Assembly (NCBI GenBank): GCA_016235455.1
Contig: JACRKZ010000102.1
Location: 7,744 to 71,743, forward strand
Source of the DNA: Armatimonadota bacterium
Lineage (GTDB): Bacteria > Armatimonadota > UBA10988
Direction of reading: 5' to 3'
DNA length: 64,000 bases
Below are positions 1 to 10,046 of this stretch, piece after piece (position 1 is the first letter of the stretch; every line of letters starts with the position of its first letter). The position numbers were made by a program, and so were the translations under genes. A model generated the notes under the pieces. The model made no database searches. It saw only the letters and a list, made by a program, of their open reading frames with translations, and was not told where the DNA came from.

Positions 1-1449
1 CGGCGATAGCCTGGGTCCTTGGGCGGGAATTGCATCGATTGGCTTCTCCAGCACACGCTGACCGCTGCCCGGCGCCGGCGGCAGGTCGACCTTCGGCAGC
101 CAGCGCGCCAGCTCCGCGAGGCGCGCGGCCTGGGCGGGGTCGCCCGCCAGATTGCGCCACTCGTTGGGGTCGGCCTGCATGTCGTACAGCTCCTGCGAGC
201 CGTCGGCATAGCGGATGTAGCGCCAGCGCTCGGTGCGCACGGTATGGTTGCCCTGGTTGTGCGTGGTGATCGCCGGCCACGGCCGCGCGGCGCGCGCGTT
301 CCGCAGTTGGGGCACCAGGCTGTGGCCTTCGAGCCCAGGCCGAGCCGGCAGACCGCAGAGCGCGTTCAGCGTCGGGTACATGTCCAGCAGCTCGGCCGGC
401 TGGGTGCAGCGTTGACCGGCCTTCACGCCCGGCCCGGCGAAGATCAGCGGCACCCGCGTGGAGCGCTCCCACAGCGAGTTCTTGCCGGTTATGTCCTTCT
501 CGCCCAGGTGCCAGGCGTTGTCCGACCAGAGCACGACGATCGTGTTGTCGCGACGGCCCGTCTCTTCCAGCGCGGCCAGCAGCCGGCCGATCTGGCTGTC
601 CATGAACGCTGTGCTGGCCAAGTAGGCGTGGACCAGCGGCCGCCATTGGTCGTGCGCCCTCAGCCACGACAACCGCGGCTCGGGCAGCTTCCAGTGCAGA
701 TACCACGAGAACTGCGGCGTGTCGTCGCGGTCACCGGTCAGTACCGGCGGCAGCCGGATGTCCTCGGGCCGGCCGATCAGATCGAACCACGGCTGGCTGG
801 CGAAGCACGGCACATGCGGCAGGCGGAACCCGCAGGCCAGGAACAGCGGCTGGCTCCGGGGCTGCGCGCGCAGGTGCTCTATGGCCCGGTCGGCGATCTG
901 CCAGTCCGCCTGCAGGCGGTCGTCGGTGGGGAATACGCCCCAGTCCACCGCGCGCATGGGGTCGGGCGTCTGCACGAACTTGGTGGGCGGCAGCGGCATG
1001 CCCGGCGCGGGCCCCCAGACGTCGAGTTCCTTGGCTCGTAGCTCGGGCGGGATGGCGCCGTCGTGAAACACCTTACCGAACCCGGCGGTGTGGTAGCCAT
1101 GCTGGGCGAAGTGCTGCGGCAGCGTCACCGCGTCACGCGTGGCCGGCACCGCGCGCAGGCCCGGCACCAGCCCGTAGATGCCCGTGCTCGACGGCCGCCG
1201 GCCGGTCAGCAGGCTGCTGCGCGAGGGGTTGCACAGCGGCGCCTGGCAGTGCGCGTTGCCGAACAGCGTGCCGCGCGCGGCCAGCGCGTCCAGGTGCGGG
1301 GTCCGCGCCTGCGGATGCCCGCCGAGACAGCCGACCCAGTCGTTCAGGTCGTCGATGGCGATGAACAACACATCGGGCCGCTTGGGCTGGGCCATCGCGG
1401 CGGCAGCCATGGCCAGCCCGGCCGTGCGCATGAAGCCTCGTCGGTCCAT
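1..1449 (-). CDS. Formylglycine-type sulfatase, C-terminal end cut by window edge (ORF absent from supplied track)
   Basis: Minus-strand frame is open from ATG at 1449 to base 1 (checked codon by codon). GGGAG lies 8 nt upstream of the ATG. N-terminus MDRRGFMRTAGLAMAAAAMAQPKRPDVLFIAIDDLNDW; sulfatase active-site motif LCNPSRSSLLTGR (CxPSR); C-terminal DPNEWRNLA. Confidence 0.85.
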   Translation of the reverse strand, partial: MDRRGFMRTAGLAMAAAAMAQPKRPDVLFIAIDDLNDWVGCLGGHPQARTPHLDALAARGTLFGNAHCQAPLCNPSRSSLLTGRRPSSTGIYGLVPGLRAVPATRDAVTLPQHFAQHGYHTAGFGKVFHDGAIPPELRAKELDVWGPAPGMPLPPTKFVQTPDPMRAVDWGVFPTDDRLQADWQIADRAIEHLRAQPRSQPLFLACGFRLPHVPCFASQPWFDLIGRPEDIRLPPVLTGDRDDTPQFSWYLHWKLPEPRLSWLRAHDQWRPLVHAYLASTAFMDSQIGRLLAALEETGRRDNTIVVLWSDNAWHLGEKDITGKNSLWERSTRVPLIFAGPGVKAGQRCTQPAELLDMYPTLNALCGLPARPGLEGHSLVPQLRNARAARPWPAITTHNQGNHTVRTERWRYIRYADGSQELYDMQADPNEWRNLAGDPAQAARLAELARWLPKVDLPPAPGSGQRVLEKPIDAIPAQGPRLSP

Positions 1450-1467
1450 CAAGTACGCTCCCAGGGC

Positions 1468-2892
1468 CTACGGCGCCCGACGCGGCGACTGCACCGGCGC
1501 GCCCTGCGCATAGGACACGCTGCCATGCGGCGCCAACGTGTAGCCGAAGCGCTTGAGGTACGCCTCGCGCGGTTCGAACCGGTCGCCGATGCGCCGCAGC
1601 GCGGCCTGCAGGCGGCCGTCAAGTTCGTCGCACAGCGCCTTCTGGTCCACCAAGTTGCGCTGCTGATAGGGGTCGGCCAGGTTGTCGAACAGCAACCACG
1701 GCCCATCGAGCCGCCGCGCATAGGTGTACTGGCGCGAGCGGATCATGCGGTACTCAGGCAGCCGCGCGGTGAACGGCGACACACTCATGACCAGCGCATC
1801 GCGGTCCGGCCCGGGCCCTGTGCCGCGCACGACCGGCGCCAGGTTCTCGCCCTCGACCGTCCTGGGCACATCGAGCCCGACCAGCCCCAGCAGCGTGGGC
1901 AGGACATCCGGCGCATTGATCGGCGTGTCGACCACGCGTGGCGCGACGCCGGGCACGCGCAGCAGGAACGGCACATGCGCCGCCTCGTCATAGGGCCACT
2001 GCTTCTGCGTGGGCGAGACGCCATGCGCGCCCATCATCTCGCCGTGGTCGGAGGTGAAGACGACGATGGTGTTGCTGGCCAGCCCGCTCTGGTCGAGCAT
2101 CTCCAGCAGGTCGCCGACGCACTTGTCCAGCGCGGAGCAGTGCCCGTAGTAGCCCACCAGCTCGCGCCGCGCGGCCTCGGCGTGCTCGGGCGCGACGTTG
2201 GGCGCCAGCTTGAGGTCGTTGGGCGAATACAGCTTGCGGTACTCGGCCGGCGCGGTGGCATGGGGGAAGTGCGGCGCGCCGTAGCTGAGGAACAGGCAGA
2301 ACGGCTTGGAGTCGGGCTGTCGCGAACAGACGAAGTCGGTCGCCGCGCGCGTCTGGTCAAAGGCGTCGTAGCCGTCCCAGAAGCGCTTCTCGGGCGAGTC
2401 GTCGGTGTAGTAGTGCGAGTGCGGGTAGTTGTGATCGCATTCCGCGCCGAACCACGTGGCCCAGCCCTGCCGCCGCGCGGGCGGGATGTAGCTGTCGCGC
2501 CCATGCCCATCAAGATGCCACTTGCCGATGTAGGCGGTGTCATAGCCGCCCGCGGCCAGCGTCTCGGCCAGGCAGACCTCGCCGTCGGGCAGATACGCGT
2601 CGTTGAGGAACATGCCGGTCGAGGTCGGATACCGCCCGGTCATCAGCGCCGCGCGATACGGCGTGCAGACGGGGCAGACGGAGACGGCGTTGGCAAAATG
2701 CACGCTCTGGCCGGCGAGGCGGTCGAGGCGCGGGGTCTGCACGTTCGGGTCGCCGGCATAGCCCAGGGCCGAGGCGCGCCATTGGTCGACGAGGACGAAC
2801 AGCACGTTGGGCCGGCGCGCGGGTTGGGCTCGCAGCGCGGGTGCGGCCAGCGCGGCTGCGCCAGCGCTCTGGAGGAGTTGGCGGCGGTTCAT
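1468..2892 (-). CDS. Sulfatase (arylsulfatase A family), Tat signal
   Basis: Track ORF 1468-2982 trimmed to ATG 2892, giving MNRRQLLQSAGAAALAAPALRA (twin-arginine signal). VCTPYRAALMTGRYP is the CxPxR formylglycine motif; also FTSDHGEMMG. Confidence 0.9.
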   Translation of the reverse strand: MNRRQLLQSAGAAALAAPALRAQPARRPNVLFVLVDQWRASALGYAGDPNVQTPRLDRLAGQSVHFANAVSVCPVCTPYRAALMTGRYPTSTGMFLNDAYLPDGEVCLAETLAAGGYDTAYIGKWHLDGHGRDSYIPPARRQGWATWFGAECDHNYPHSHYYTDDSPEKRFWDGYDAFDQTRAATDFVCSRQPDSKPFCLFLSYGAPHFPHATAPAEYRKLYSPNDLKLAPNVAPEHAEAARRELVGYYGHCSALDKCVGDLLEMLDQSGLASNTIVVFTSDHGEMMGAHGVSPTQKQWPYDEAAHVPFLLRVPGVAPRVVDTPINAPDVLPTLLGLVGLDVPRTVEGENLAPVVRGTGPGPDRDALVMSVSPFTARLPEYRMIRSRQYTYARRLDGPWLLFDNLADPYQQRNLVDQKALCDELDGRLQAALRRIGDRFEPREAYLKRFGYTLAPHGSVSYAQGAPVQSPRRAP

Positions 2893-2897
2893 GGCGA

Positions 2898-4517
2898 CTA
2901 GTCCTTCGCATCCGCCGGCGGCTTGCCGAAGGGCAGCACCGGCCCCGCATCCGCCTTCCACTGCTCGCCCAGCGCCTCCCACCGCGCGGCCATGGCCGTG
3001 ACGCGGTCGGGCTGGGCGGCGGCCAGGTCCTTCTGCTCGCAGCGGTCGGTCTTCAGGTCGAACAGCTCCCAGCGGTCCCCACCCTCGCGCGCCGAGACCA
3101 GCTTGTAGTCGCCGGCACGCAGCGCGTGGTTGCCCTCGTGGTTGAAATACAGCTCGCCCGCGCGCGCGCCCTGGTCGCGGCGCAGGCTCGGCGCGAGGCT
3201 GTGGCCGGGGAACGGCGGCGCTGCGGCCGGGAGCTGGGACTTGGCGCCGGTCAGCTCCAGCAGCGTCGGCGCGAGGTCGATGACGTGGCCTACGTCGTGC
3301 CTGAGCGAGCCGCGCTCCAGCGCGGCGGCCGGCCAGTGGGCGATGAGGGGCGAGGCAATGCCGCCCTCATGCACCCAGATCTTGTGCTTCCGGAACGGCG
3401 TGTTGCCGGCCGACGACCAGCTTGGCCCGAGGCACAGATAGGAGCCGCCCGAGCCGGGCTCGGCCGCGGGATCGTGTCCGTCGCCACGCACCAGAATGGT
3501 CGAATCGGTGCCGTTGTCCGAGGCGAACAGGATCAGCGTGTCGTCCCAGGCGCCCATGGCCCGCACCTGGTCGAGCACGCGGCCGATCTCGCGGTCCATG
3601 CGGTCCACCATGGCCGCGTGGATGGCCATCTTGGTCGCCTGGAAGTGCTTCTGCTCGTCGTTGAGCCGGGCCCAGGGCAGGGTCTTCTCCGTCTCGCCGG
3701 GGCCCAGGTTGCGCAGGAACTCGGGCTTGAGGTAGCGCGGCTCAAACGACTCGTCCAACGGCGCCAGATCGCAGTCGACGATGCCCATCTCGCGCTGCAT
3801 TCGCCAGCGTCGGTCACGCACGGCATCCCAGCCTTCCAGGTAGCGGTCACGGTACCGCGCGATGTCCTCAGGCGGCGCCATGAGCGGGAAGTGCGGCTCG
3901 GTGAAGGCCAGGTAGGAGAAGAACGGCTGCTCCGCAAAGTGCTCCGCGTGGTCGCGCAGGCAGTCGATGGCGTGGTCGGCGAAGGCCGTGGCGGTGTAGT
4001 AGGCGCCGCCCCGGTCCACCGGCGGCAAGGGCTTGTCGTCGCGGCGGTGCAGTTTGGGGTAGAACTTGCGGTCGTGGTCGTCGAGCACGTAGGAATGGTC
4101 GAACCCGCCGTCGGCGCAGGGCTTGGGCGCGCCGTTGACGTGCCATTTGCCGCTGTGATAGCAGCGATAGCCCGCGGGCCGCAGATGGTGCGGCAGCAGC
4201 CGGGCCCAGGCGGGCAGCCGGCCTTGGGGCGGGTCCATGTGCAGTTGCTGCGGGTAGTAGCCGGTGAGCAGCGCGCTACGCGTGGGCCAGCAGCGGGCCG
4301 TGCTGTAGAACTGCGTGAAGCGCACGCCGCCACGCGCCAGAGCGTCCAGCCGTGGCGTGGCGATCTCGCTGCCGTAGCAGCCGATGTCCGAGAAGCCGAG
4401 GTCGTCGGCCAGGACCAGGAGGACGTTGGTGCGTCGCGGCCGCTGGCCCGCGGCGCGCGGGATGCCCAACGCCATCGTGCCGGCGGCGCTGGTCTGCATG
4501 AAATCGCGTCGGTTCAT
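2898..4517 (-). CDS. Arylsulfatase, Tat signal
   Basis: Track ORF 2898-4553 trimmed to ATG 4517 (MNRRDFMQTSAAGTMALG). Motifs LADDLGFSDIGCYG, ARCWPTRSALLTGYYP (CxPxR), FASDNGT. Confidence 0.9.
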   Translation of the reverse strand: MNRRDFMQTSAAGTMALGIPRAAGQRPRRTNVLLVLADDLGFSDIGCYGSEIATPRLDALARGGVRFTQFYSTARCWPTRSALLTGYYPQQLHMDPPQGRLPAWARLLPHHLRPAGYRCYHSGKWHVNGAPKPCADGGFDHSYVLDDHDRKFYPKLHRRDDKPLPPVDRGGAYYTATAFADHAIDCLRDHAEHFAEQPFFSYLAFTEPHFPLMAPPEDIARYRDRYLEGWDAVRDRRWRMQREMGIVDCDLAPLDESFEPRYLKPEFLRNLGPGETEKTLPWARLNDEQKHFQATKMAIHAAMVDRMDREIGRVLDQVRAMGAWDDTLILFASDNGTDSTILVRGDGHDPAAEPGSGGSYLCLGPSWSSAGNTPFRKHKIWVHEGGIASPLIAHWPAAALERGSLRHDVGHVIDLAPTLLELTGAKSQLPAAAPPFPGHSLAPSLRRDQGARAGELYFNHEGNHALRAGDYKLVSAREGGDRWELFDLKTDRCEQKDLAAAQPDRVTAMAARWEALGEQWKADAGPVLPFGKPPADAKD

Positions 4518-5470
4518 GGTTGCTCCACCAGTTCGGCGATGCCGATACCGCATTCACCTGCCACCGAGTACAGCAGGTAGACTTGGCCGTCCGTGTCCAC
4601 GAAGATAGCCGGGTCGCGCAGGGCGTTCTCGGGCCCATTGACCGCCCCAGAGGCGGACTTGCGGAGCGGCAGGTCGGCGCCCTCCCACGGTCGCTCGGGG
4701 CGCAGGACCTCTTCCGAGTCGCCCGCGCGCCACTGCCGCCAGTCGCTGCTCAGCGCCAGCTTGCGCCGCAGAACGCGCTCCGGCGCATCGCCTATGTTGG
4801 TGTAGTAGACCCACAGCGTCTCGTCCACGCGATGCAACGCCACATGCCGCGGGCCAGCGCTGTTGGCCTGCTCGTCGCGACCGTCGCTGTCGGGCAGCGG
4901 GTTGCCGCCTTGGACGAACCCGGTCAGGCCGTCGTCCGAGCGGTACATCCGGCCGCCCTTGGCCATGGCGTACCAGGCGTCCTGCCACGGGAAGGCGCGG
5001 AAGTAGAACAGCCCCAACGGCTCCGGCCCGGCCTTGAAGGTCAGGCCGTCGGACGAACGCGCCGCAAACGACATCTGGCCGCCGCCGCCCTTGGCCGGGC
5101 CATGGAAATAGAGCCGGATCTCCTGGCGCAACCCATCCACGTGGGCATCGGGCGAGGCGATGTGGCCCGAGCAGCCGGGCGCATCTCGTAGCGCGAGCAC
5201 GCCCGGCTCATGGATGCGCCAGGGGCCGGCCAGCGCATCGGCGTAGGCCAGTCGAATGTACTTTCCGTTGTGATGCGCGAAGTACAGGTAGTACCGGCCC
5301 AGCCGGCCTGGCAGCCAGTCGGGCACGCGCACGAGCGATGGGCCGTTGATGTTGGCGCCATCCTTGCCCGGCAGCATGTCGGGGCGGATGATCGGCGCGT
5401 CGGTCAGTCGCCGCGCGGCCGGCGCGGCCGCGGTGGCCAGCACGTTGGCGGCAAGCAGGACCGACACCAT
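4514..5470 (-). CDS. Secreted five-bladed beta-propeller glycoside-hydrolase-like protein (GH43/GH117-like fold)
   Basis: The maximal ORF starts at TTG 5509. ATG at 5470 gives a Sec-like MVSVLLAANVLATAAAPAA, so the start is uncertain. Blade-like motifs NGPSLVRVPDW, YYLYFAHH, DPAIFVDTDGQVYLLYS. The stop overlaps the next gene's start (ATGA at 4514-4517). Confidence 0.6.
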   Translation of the reverse strand: MVSVLLAANVLATAAAPAARRLTDAPIIRPDMLPGKDGANINGPSLVRVPDWLPGRLGRYYLYFAHHNGKYIRLAYADALAGPWRIHEPGVLALRDAPGCSGHIASPDAHVDGLRQEIRLYFHGPAKGGGGQMSFAARSSDGLTFKAGPEPLGLFYFRAFPWQDAWYAMAKGGRMYRSDDGLTGFVQGGNPLPDSDGRDEQANSAGPRHVALHRVDETLWVYYTNIGDAPERVLRRKLALSSDWRQWRAGDSEEVLRPERPWEGADLPLRKSASGAVNGPENALRDPAIFVDTDGQVYLLYSVAGECGIGIAELVEQP

Positions 5471-5540
5471 GGATGAAGCGGTCACGCCGAGCCCTCCATA
5501 CGATGCCAAGGCGGGTTCGCCGGCGCGGCGCCGGGACCTC

Positions 5541-7037
5541 CTACGGCCGCGTCTTCGGCGTGTTGCGGCACCACTCGATCTTCGCCGCCAGCTCGGCGAC
5601 GATCTCGGGGTGGTCGGCGGCGACGTTGCGGGTCTCGCCGATGTCGTCCTTCAGGTTGTACAGCGTGCCCGGCTTGGGATGGCCCGGTCCGACGATCAGC
5701 TTCCAGTCGCCGCGCTTGAGCGCCAGCGGGTTGCCGCCGTTGTTCTGGCTGAGCAGCCACTCGCGGCCGGTCCGGCTCTCGCCCAGCAGCGCGGGCAGCA
5801 CGTTGAGGCTGTCGGGCGCGTCGTTGTCGGCCAGCTTGGCGCCGACCAGCGCCGACAGGCTGGCACAGAAGTCCACCTGGCTGACCACGGCATCGCTCAC
5901 GCCCGGCTTGACCCGCGCCGGCCAGCGCACGATGAACGGCTCGCGTGTGCCGCCCTCAAGCACCGTGTACTTGCCGCCGCGGAACGGGCCGGCGGGCTTG
6001 TGGTCGCCCAGCTTCTCCACGGCGCCGTCGCGGTAGCCATCGTCCAGCACGGGGCCGTTGTCCGAAGACAGGATGACCAGCGTGTTGTCGCTCAGACCGA
6101 GCCGCTCGAGCGCGTCCAGCAGCGTGCCCACGCAGGCGTCGAACTCGACGATGGCGTCGCCGCGCGGGCCCATGGTCGTCGCGCCCTGGAAGCGGGGATG
6201 CGGCACGCGCGGCACATGGATGTCGTGTGTGGCGAAGTACAGGAAGAACGGCTTGGTCCGGTTGCGCTCCATGAACTCGACGCCCTTCGCGGTGAAGGTG
6301 TCGGCCATGTCCTCGTCCTTCCACTGCGCCGCGCGACCGCCTCTGTACCAGCCGATGCGGCCGATGCCGTTAACCACGCCCATGTTGTGGCCGGCGCTCC
6401 AGTCCATCTTGAGGTGGTCGCGCTCGCTGACGCCGGTCGGCTCGCCGGGGAACGGCTGCTTGTAGCTGACCTGCAGCGGGTCGTCGGCGACCAGACCCAC
6501 GACCCGCTGGTTCTCGACGAACACGCAGGGCACGCGGTCGCCGGTGGCGGCCATGACGAACGAGTAGTCGAAGCCGACCTCACGCGGGCCGGGCTTGATC
6601 TCGGCGTTCCAGTCCAGTGTCTGGCCGTCGCCCAGGCCCAGATGCCACTTGCCCACGGCCCCGGTGGCGTAGCCGGCCTGTTTGAGCAGCGCCGGCAGGT
6701 TGGAGCGGTCGGTGGGCACAATGAGTGCGGCGTCGCCCGGCAGCACGCCGGTACCGCGGCGCCGGAAGGCATACTCGCCCGACAGCAGCGAGTAGCGCGA
6801 CGGCGTGCAGGTGGCCGCGGGACAGTGGCCGGCAGTGAAACGCAGACCTTGGCGCGCCAGACGGTCGATGTTCGGCGTCTTGACCGCGACCGCGCCGTTA
6901 CAGCCCACATCGCCATAGCCCAGGTCGTCGGCGTACAGGATGACGATGTTCGGCCTCGTCTCGGCGCTGTGCAGGCGCGAAGCCAGCAGCGTGGCGGCGC
7001 TCAGACCGGCTGCGCCAAGGAAGTTGCGGCGGTCCAT
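5541..7037 (-). CDS. Arylsulfatase, Tat signal
   Basis: Track ORF 5541-7058 trimmed to ATG 7037 (MDRRNFLGAAGLSAATLLA). Motifs YADDLGYGDVGCNG, TCTPSRYSLLSGEY (CxPSR), SSDNGP. Confidence 0.9.
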   Translation of the reverse strand: MDRRNFLGAAGLSAATLLASRLHSAETRPNIVILYADDLGYGDVGCNGAVAVKTPNIDRLARQGLRFTAGHCPAATCTPSRYSLLSGEYAFRRRGTGVLPGDAALIVPTDRSNLPALLKQAGYATGAVGKWHLGLGDGQTLDWNAEIKPGPREVGFDYSFVMAATGDRVPCVFVENQRVVGLVADDPLQVSYKQPFPGEPTGVSERDHLKMDWSAGHNMGVVNGIGRIGWYRGGRAAQWKDEDMADTFTAKGVEFMERNRTKPFFLYFATHDIHVPRVPHPRFQGATTMGPRGDAIVEFDACVGTLLDALERLGLSDNTLVILSSDNGPVLDDGYRDGAVEKLGDHKPAGPFRGGKYTVLEGGTREPFIVRWPARVKPGVSDAVVSQVDFCASLSALVGAKLADNDAPDSLNVLPALLGESRTGREWLLSQNNGGNPLALKRGDWKLIVGPGHPKPGTLYNLKDDIGETRNVAADHPEIVAELAAKIEWCRNTPKTRP

Positions 7038-7093
7038 GGGCTCGGCTCCCAGCCCCATGGTACACGAGCGGAGGGTCCGTCGGCAACGCTTGC

Positions 7094-7744
7094 TCAGACC
7101 GGCCAGCGCAGCAGGCCGTCGCGCACGCGGCAGCGGTTGGCGTTGTCCCAGGCGATGCGCCCGTCGACCCAGCCGCCCGTCGCATCGCGGTAGTTCATCA
7201 CCGAGCGCTCGGGCAGCCGGGTGTCGTCGAGGTCCACCGCGCCGAACCAGTGGCTCATCTCGTGGCAGAGCAGGCCGGTGGTGTAGACGTCGGTCGGCTC
7301 ATGCACCTGCGCCTTGAACAGCAGCCGCGGCCAGGAGGCCATGCCGCCCCAGTTGATGTCAGGCCGCGCGGCGACGGCGATGAGGCAGTTGGCGCGCGAC
7401 CCATGCGGCACGCCGCGGGGCACGTTGTCACGGTACACGGTGGCCAGCCGCGTTGGCCCGTCGGGCAGCGTCCAGCGGCCGGTGCCGGCCACCGACACCT
7501 CCACGCGCCGGCCGGGATAGGCCAACTGGAACTGGCGCGCCGCCAGGTACAACCACTCGTTGAGCCGCGCCCGGCCGTTGCCCGCCAGCGCGCCGAAACG
7601 CGGCTCGAAGTGCTGGTCGACCACCACGAAGGCGGCAATGCGCACCGGCGGCGTGGTGGCGACGGCGCGGGCAGGCGGCCGCGTGCAGCCGGCCAGAAGC
7701 GCTGCGCCGGCCACGGCCAACCATCGGTATCGTGCCGTGCCCAT
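7094..7744 (-). CDS. Lipoprotein, minimal metzincin-like zinc metalloprotease
   Basis: Lipobox LLAGC after MGTARYRWLAVAGAA. CHEMSHWFGAVD matches the HExxHxxGxxD zinc-binding motif and is followed by a Met-turn-like SVMNY. Confidence 0.6.
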   Translation of the reverse strand: MGTARYRWLAVAGAALLAGCTRPPARAVATTPPVRIAAFVVVDQHFEPRFGALAGNGRARLNEWLYLAARQFQLAYPGRRVEVSVAGTGRWTLPDGPTRLATVYRDNVPRGVPHGSRANCLIAVAARPDINWGGMASWPRLLFKAQVHEPTDVYTTGLLCHEMSHWFGAVDLDDTRLPERSVMNYRDATGGWVDGRIAWDNANRCRVRDGLLRWPV

Positions 7745-7787
7745 GCTCGGCTGTGACTCGCGGTGGCGACGACGTTACGCGGCGGTG

Positions 7788-9170
7788 CTACGGTCTCACG
7801 CCCACCTGCGCCCGCTCGCCGATGAGCAGCGGCCAGTCGCACACCGGCACGCGCCACTTCAGCGTGCCGTGCGGGCCCGCCTCGGCCGGCGCCGACCAGA
7901 CTGTCTGGCGGATGGGATCGATGAGCACCGGCTGGCGCGGGCGCAGCGCTGTCGGCAGCCAGGCCGTGAGCTGCCCGGCGACCGGCGGCAGCGGGTTCAT
8001 CACGTCCTGGGCGCGCCAGAAGGCCAGCAGCGGGCCGCGCTCGGTGCCAAAGGCCACGGTGCGGGCGTCGGTGCCGGGCTGGAGCACGGCGTTGATGGAC
8101 GCGTCGACGCTGATCTCGCCGGCCAGCAGCGTGCAGAGCGACTGCGCGGCGAGGAAGGCGGGCTTGCGGCGCATCTCCTTGCCGCCCAGCAGGCCGAAGT
8201 AGTATTCGCGCTCCACGTACTCGTTCTTGATGATGTAGAACTGAAAATCAGCGATGTGGAAGAACGCGGACAGGGCGGCGCCGTTTTGCAGGTCGAGCAG
8301 CGCGCGGCGTGCGTCCCACACCGCCTGGCGGTCCTCGTCGAACTCGCAGTCGGCCAGCGCCTGGCCGGCCACCGCCTTGGACGGCGCGCCGGATTCGCCC
8401 TGCCACAGCGGCAGGCCCGGCCGGTAGCGCTCGACCAGCGCGCGCAGCGTGGGCTGGAGCGGCTCGTAGCGCGGCTCGGGCGTGGGTGTGTAGATGTGGT
8501 AGGAGAAGGCGTCGATGTGCTCGCCCATGCCGGCCTCGAAGCAGCCCTGCACCCACTCGAACCCGTTGTGGCCCAGCGCCATGGCCGTGGCGCCACCGAC
8601 CACCTGCACGCCGGGATGGCCCTGGCGCAGCGCCGGTGCGGTCAGCTTGACCAGTTCGGCGTAGTCGGCGGGCGACGGGTCGTAGGGCGTCCAGAAGGGC
8701 TTGATGTCCGGCTCGTTCCAAACCTCGTAGTAGCGCACGCGGCCAGCATAATGGGCCGCCAGCGCGGTGCAGAAGGCGGCCCACCCCGCGCGCGCCGCGG
8801 GCTCGCGCACGGGCGTCCAGCCGACGGCGGTGGGATGCGGCGCGTCCGGCGTGTAGAGCTGGTTGCCATAGCCGACGTTGAACCACGGCTCGATGCCCAC
8901 CGCGATGAGCTTGTCGACGATGTCGTCCAGCCAGCCGAAGTCGTAGACGCCCGGCTGCGTCTCGCAGCGGCCCCAGCCGGTCTGCACGCGAGCCCACTTG
9001 GCGCCGAGTTCGGCCAGATGAGGCAAGGCTGGGTCGAGCTGCCACATGCCGCGGTCGAGGGTCTCCACGCCGATCGAGAAGCGGCTGCTCGCGATGTCGT
9101 CAGCGCGCCGCGTGGCCAGCAGGCCCAGTGGCGTCAGGTTCAGCTCGGAGGCCAGGTGGTCCAGGTTCAT
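7788..9170 (-). CDS. Glycoside hydrolase, clan GH-A TIM barrel (GH39/GH5-like)
   Basis: 460 aa. YYEVWNEPD (acid/base NEP motif) and LWQGESG (nucleophile Glu) at typical clan-A spacing. No signal peptide. Confidence 0.65.
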   Translation of the reverse strand: MNLDHLASELNLTPLGLLATRRADDIASSRFSIGVETLDRGMWQLDPALPHLAELGAKWARVQTGWGRCETQPGVYDFGWLDDIVDKLIAVGIEPWFNVGYGNQLYTPDAPHPTAVGWTPVREPAARAGWAAFCTALAAHYAGRVRYYEVWNEPDIKPFWTPYDPSPADYAELVKLTAPALRQGHPGVQVVGGATAMALGHNGFEWVQGCFEAGMGEHIDAFSYHIYTPTPEPRYEPLQPTLRALVERYRPGLPLWQGESGAPSKAVAGQALADCEFDEDRQAVWDARRALLDLQNGAALSAFFHIADFQFYIIKNEYVEREYYFGLLGGKEMRRKPAFLAAQSLCTLLAGEISVDASINAVLQPGTDARTVAFGTERGPLLAFWRAQDVMNPLPPVAGQLTAWLPTALRPRQPVLIDPIRQTVWSAPAEAGPHGTLKWRVPVCDWPLLIGERAQVGVRP

Positions 9171-9173
9171 CGC

Positions 9174-10037
9174 TCACTCCTTGTCCAGCCGGCCGAAGCA
9201 GCTCTGCGCCGCGGCCAGGTAATCGAATCCCGCCGAGCCGCGCAGTCCGTGCATGACCAGCGCCCAGCAGCCCTCAAACAGCGTGACCACCGAGGTGATG
9301 CGCGCGGCGCTGGCCAGTTCGTCCTCGCGGTAGCCGCATTCGACCAGGAAGGCCCGCTTGACCGCGTCGTCCCAGCCGGCCGACCAACTCAGCGTGGCCA
9401 CGTCGTACAGCCCGTCACCCAAGCCGCCGAACTCCCAGTCGACCAGCCACAGGCGTTCGCCGTCGTCCATGAAGTTGTTGGTCCACAGGTCGTTGTGGCA
9501 GAGGCAAGGAGCGAATCCAGCGGACGCGCGGCGCTCGTCCTCGAAGGCTACCGCGCGGTCGCGATGGGCCAGCAGGTCCGGCGTGACGGCCAGGCCAAGC
9601 GCGCGGGCGCTGGCCAGCAGTGCGTCGATACGGTCCGTCACCCGGCCGTTGGCGGCCACGGCGCCGATGCCGCGCAGGCGCCGCAGCACATCGGCCAGGC
9701 GTGCGCGATTGGCCTCGTCGGCGAAGTCCTCGGCACGCCAGTGCCGGCCGTCGATCCAAGCCAGCAGGTGATTGCCGCGGGCATCGCTCCAGATCACCTC
9801 GGGCGACACGCCAGCCGCGGCGGCGGCGTGCGCGGCGGCCTCCTCCTCGGCGCGACGAATGCCCAGGTGGCGCCCGTGATCCGAGGCCAGCCGCAGCAGG
9901 TATGTCCGGCCATCGGCGTCGACGCGGAAGTTGTGGTTGTTGAGCATGACCACATCGTGCAGCGGCTGCACCGCCACGGCGCGCGCCGCGCGCAGCGCGG
10001 GGATGGTCGAGGCCAGGGCCTGGGCTGCGTTGAGCAT
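9174..10037 (-). CDS. Phosphotransferase of the APH / choline-kinase family (small-molecule or sugar kinase)
   Basis: LCHNDLWTNNF (Brenner catalytic motif HxDxxxxN) and LVDWEFGG (metal-binding D). Lies 3 nt from the downstream gene. Confidence 0.7.
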   Translation of the reverse strand: MLNAAQALASTIPALRAARAVAVQPLHDVVMLNNHNFRVDADGRTYLLRLASDHGRHLGIRRAEEEAAAHAAAAAGVSPEVIWSDARGNHLLAWIDGRHWRAEDFADEANRARLADVLRRLRGIGAVAANGRVTDRIDALLASARALGLAVTPDLLAHRDRAVAFEDERRASAGFAPCLCHNDLWTNNFMDDGERLWLVDWEFGGLGDGLYDVATLSWSAGWDDAVKRAFLVECGYREDELASAARITSVVTLFEGCWALVMHGLRGSAGFDYLAAAQSCFGRLDKE

Positions 10038-10046
10038 GGTCTGCTC

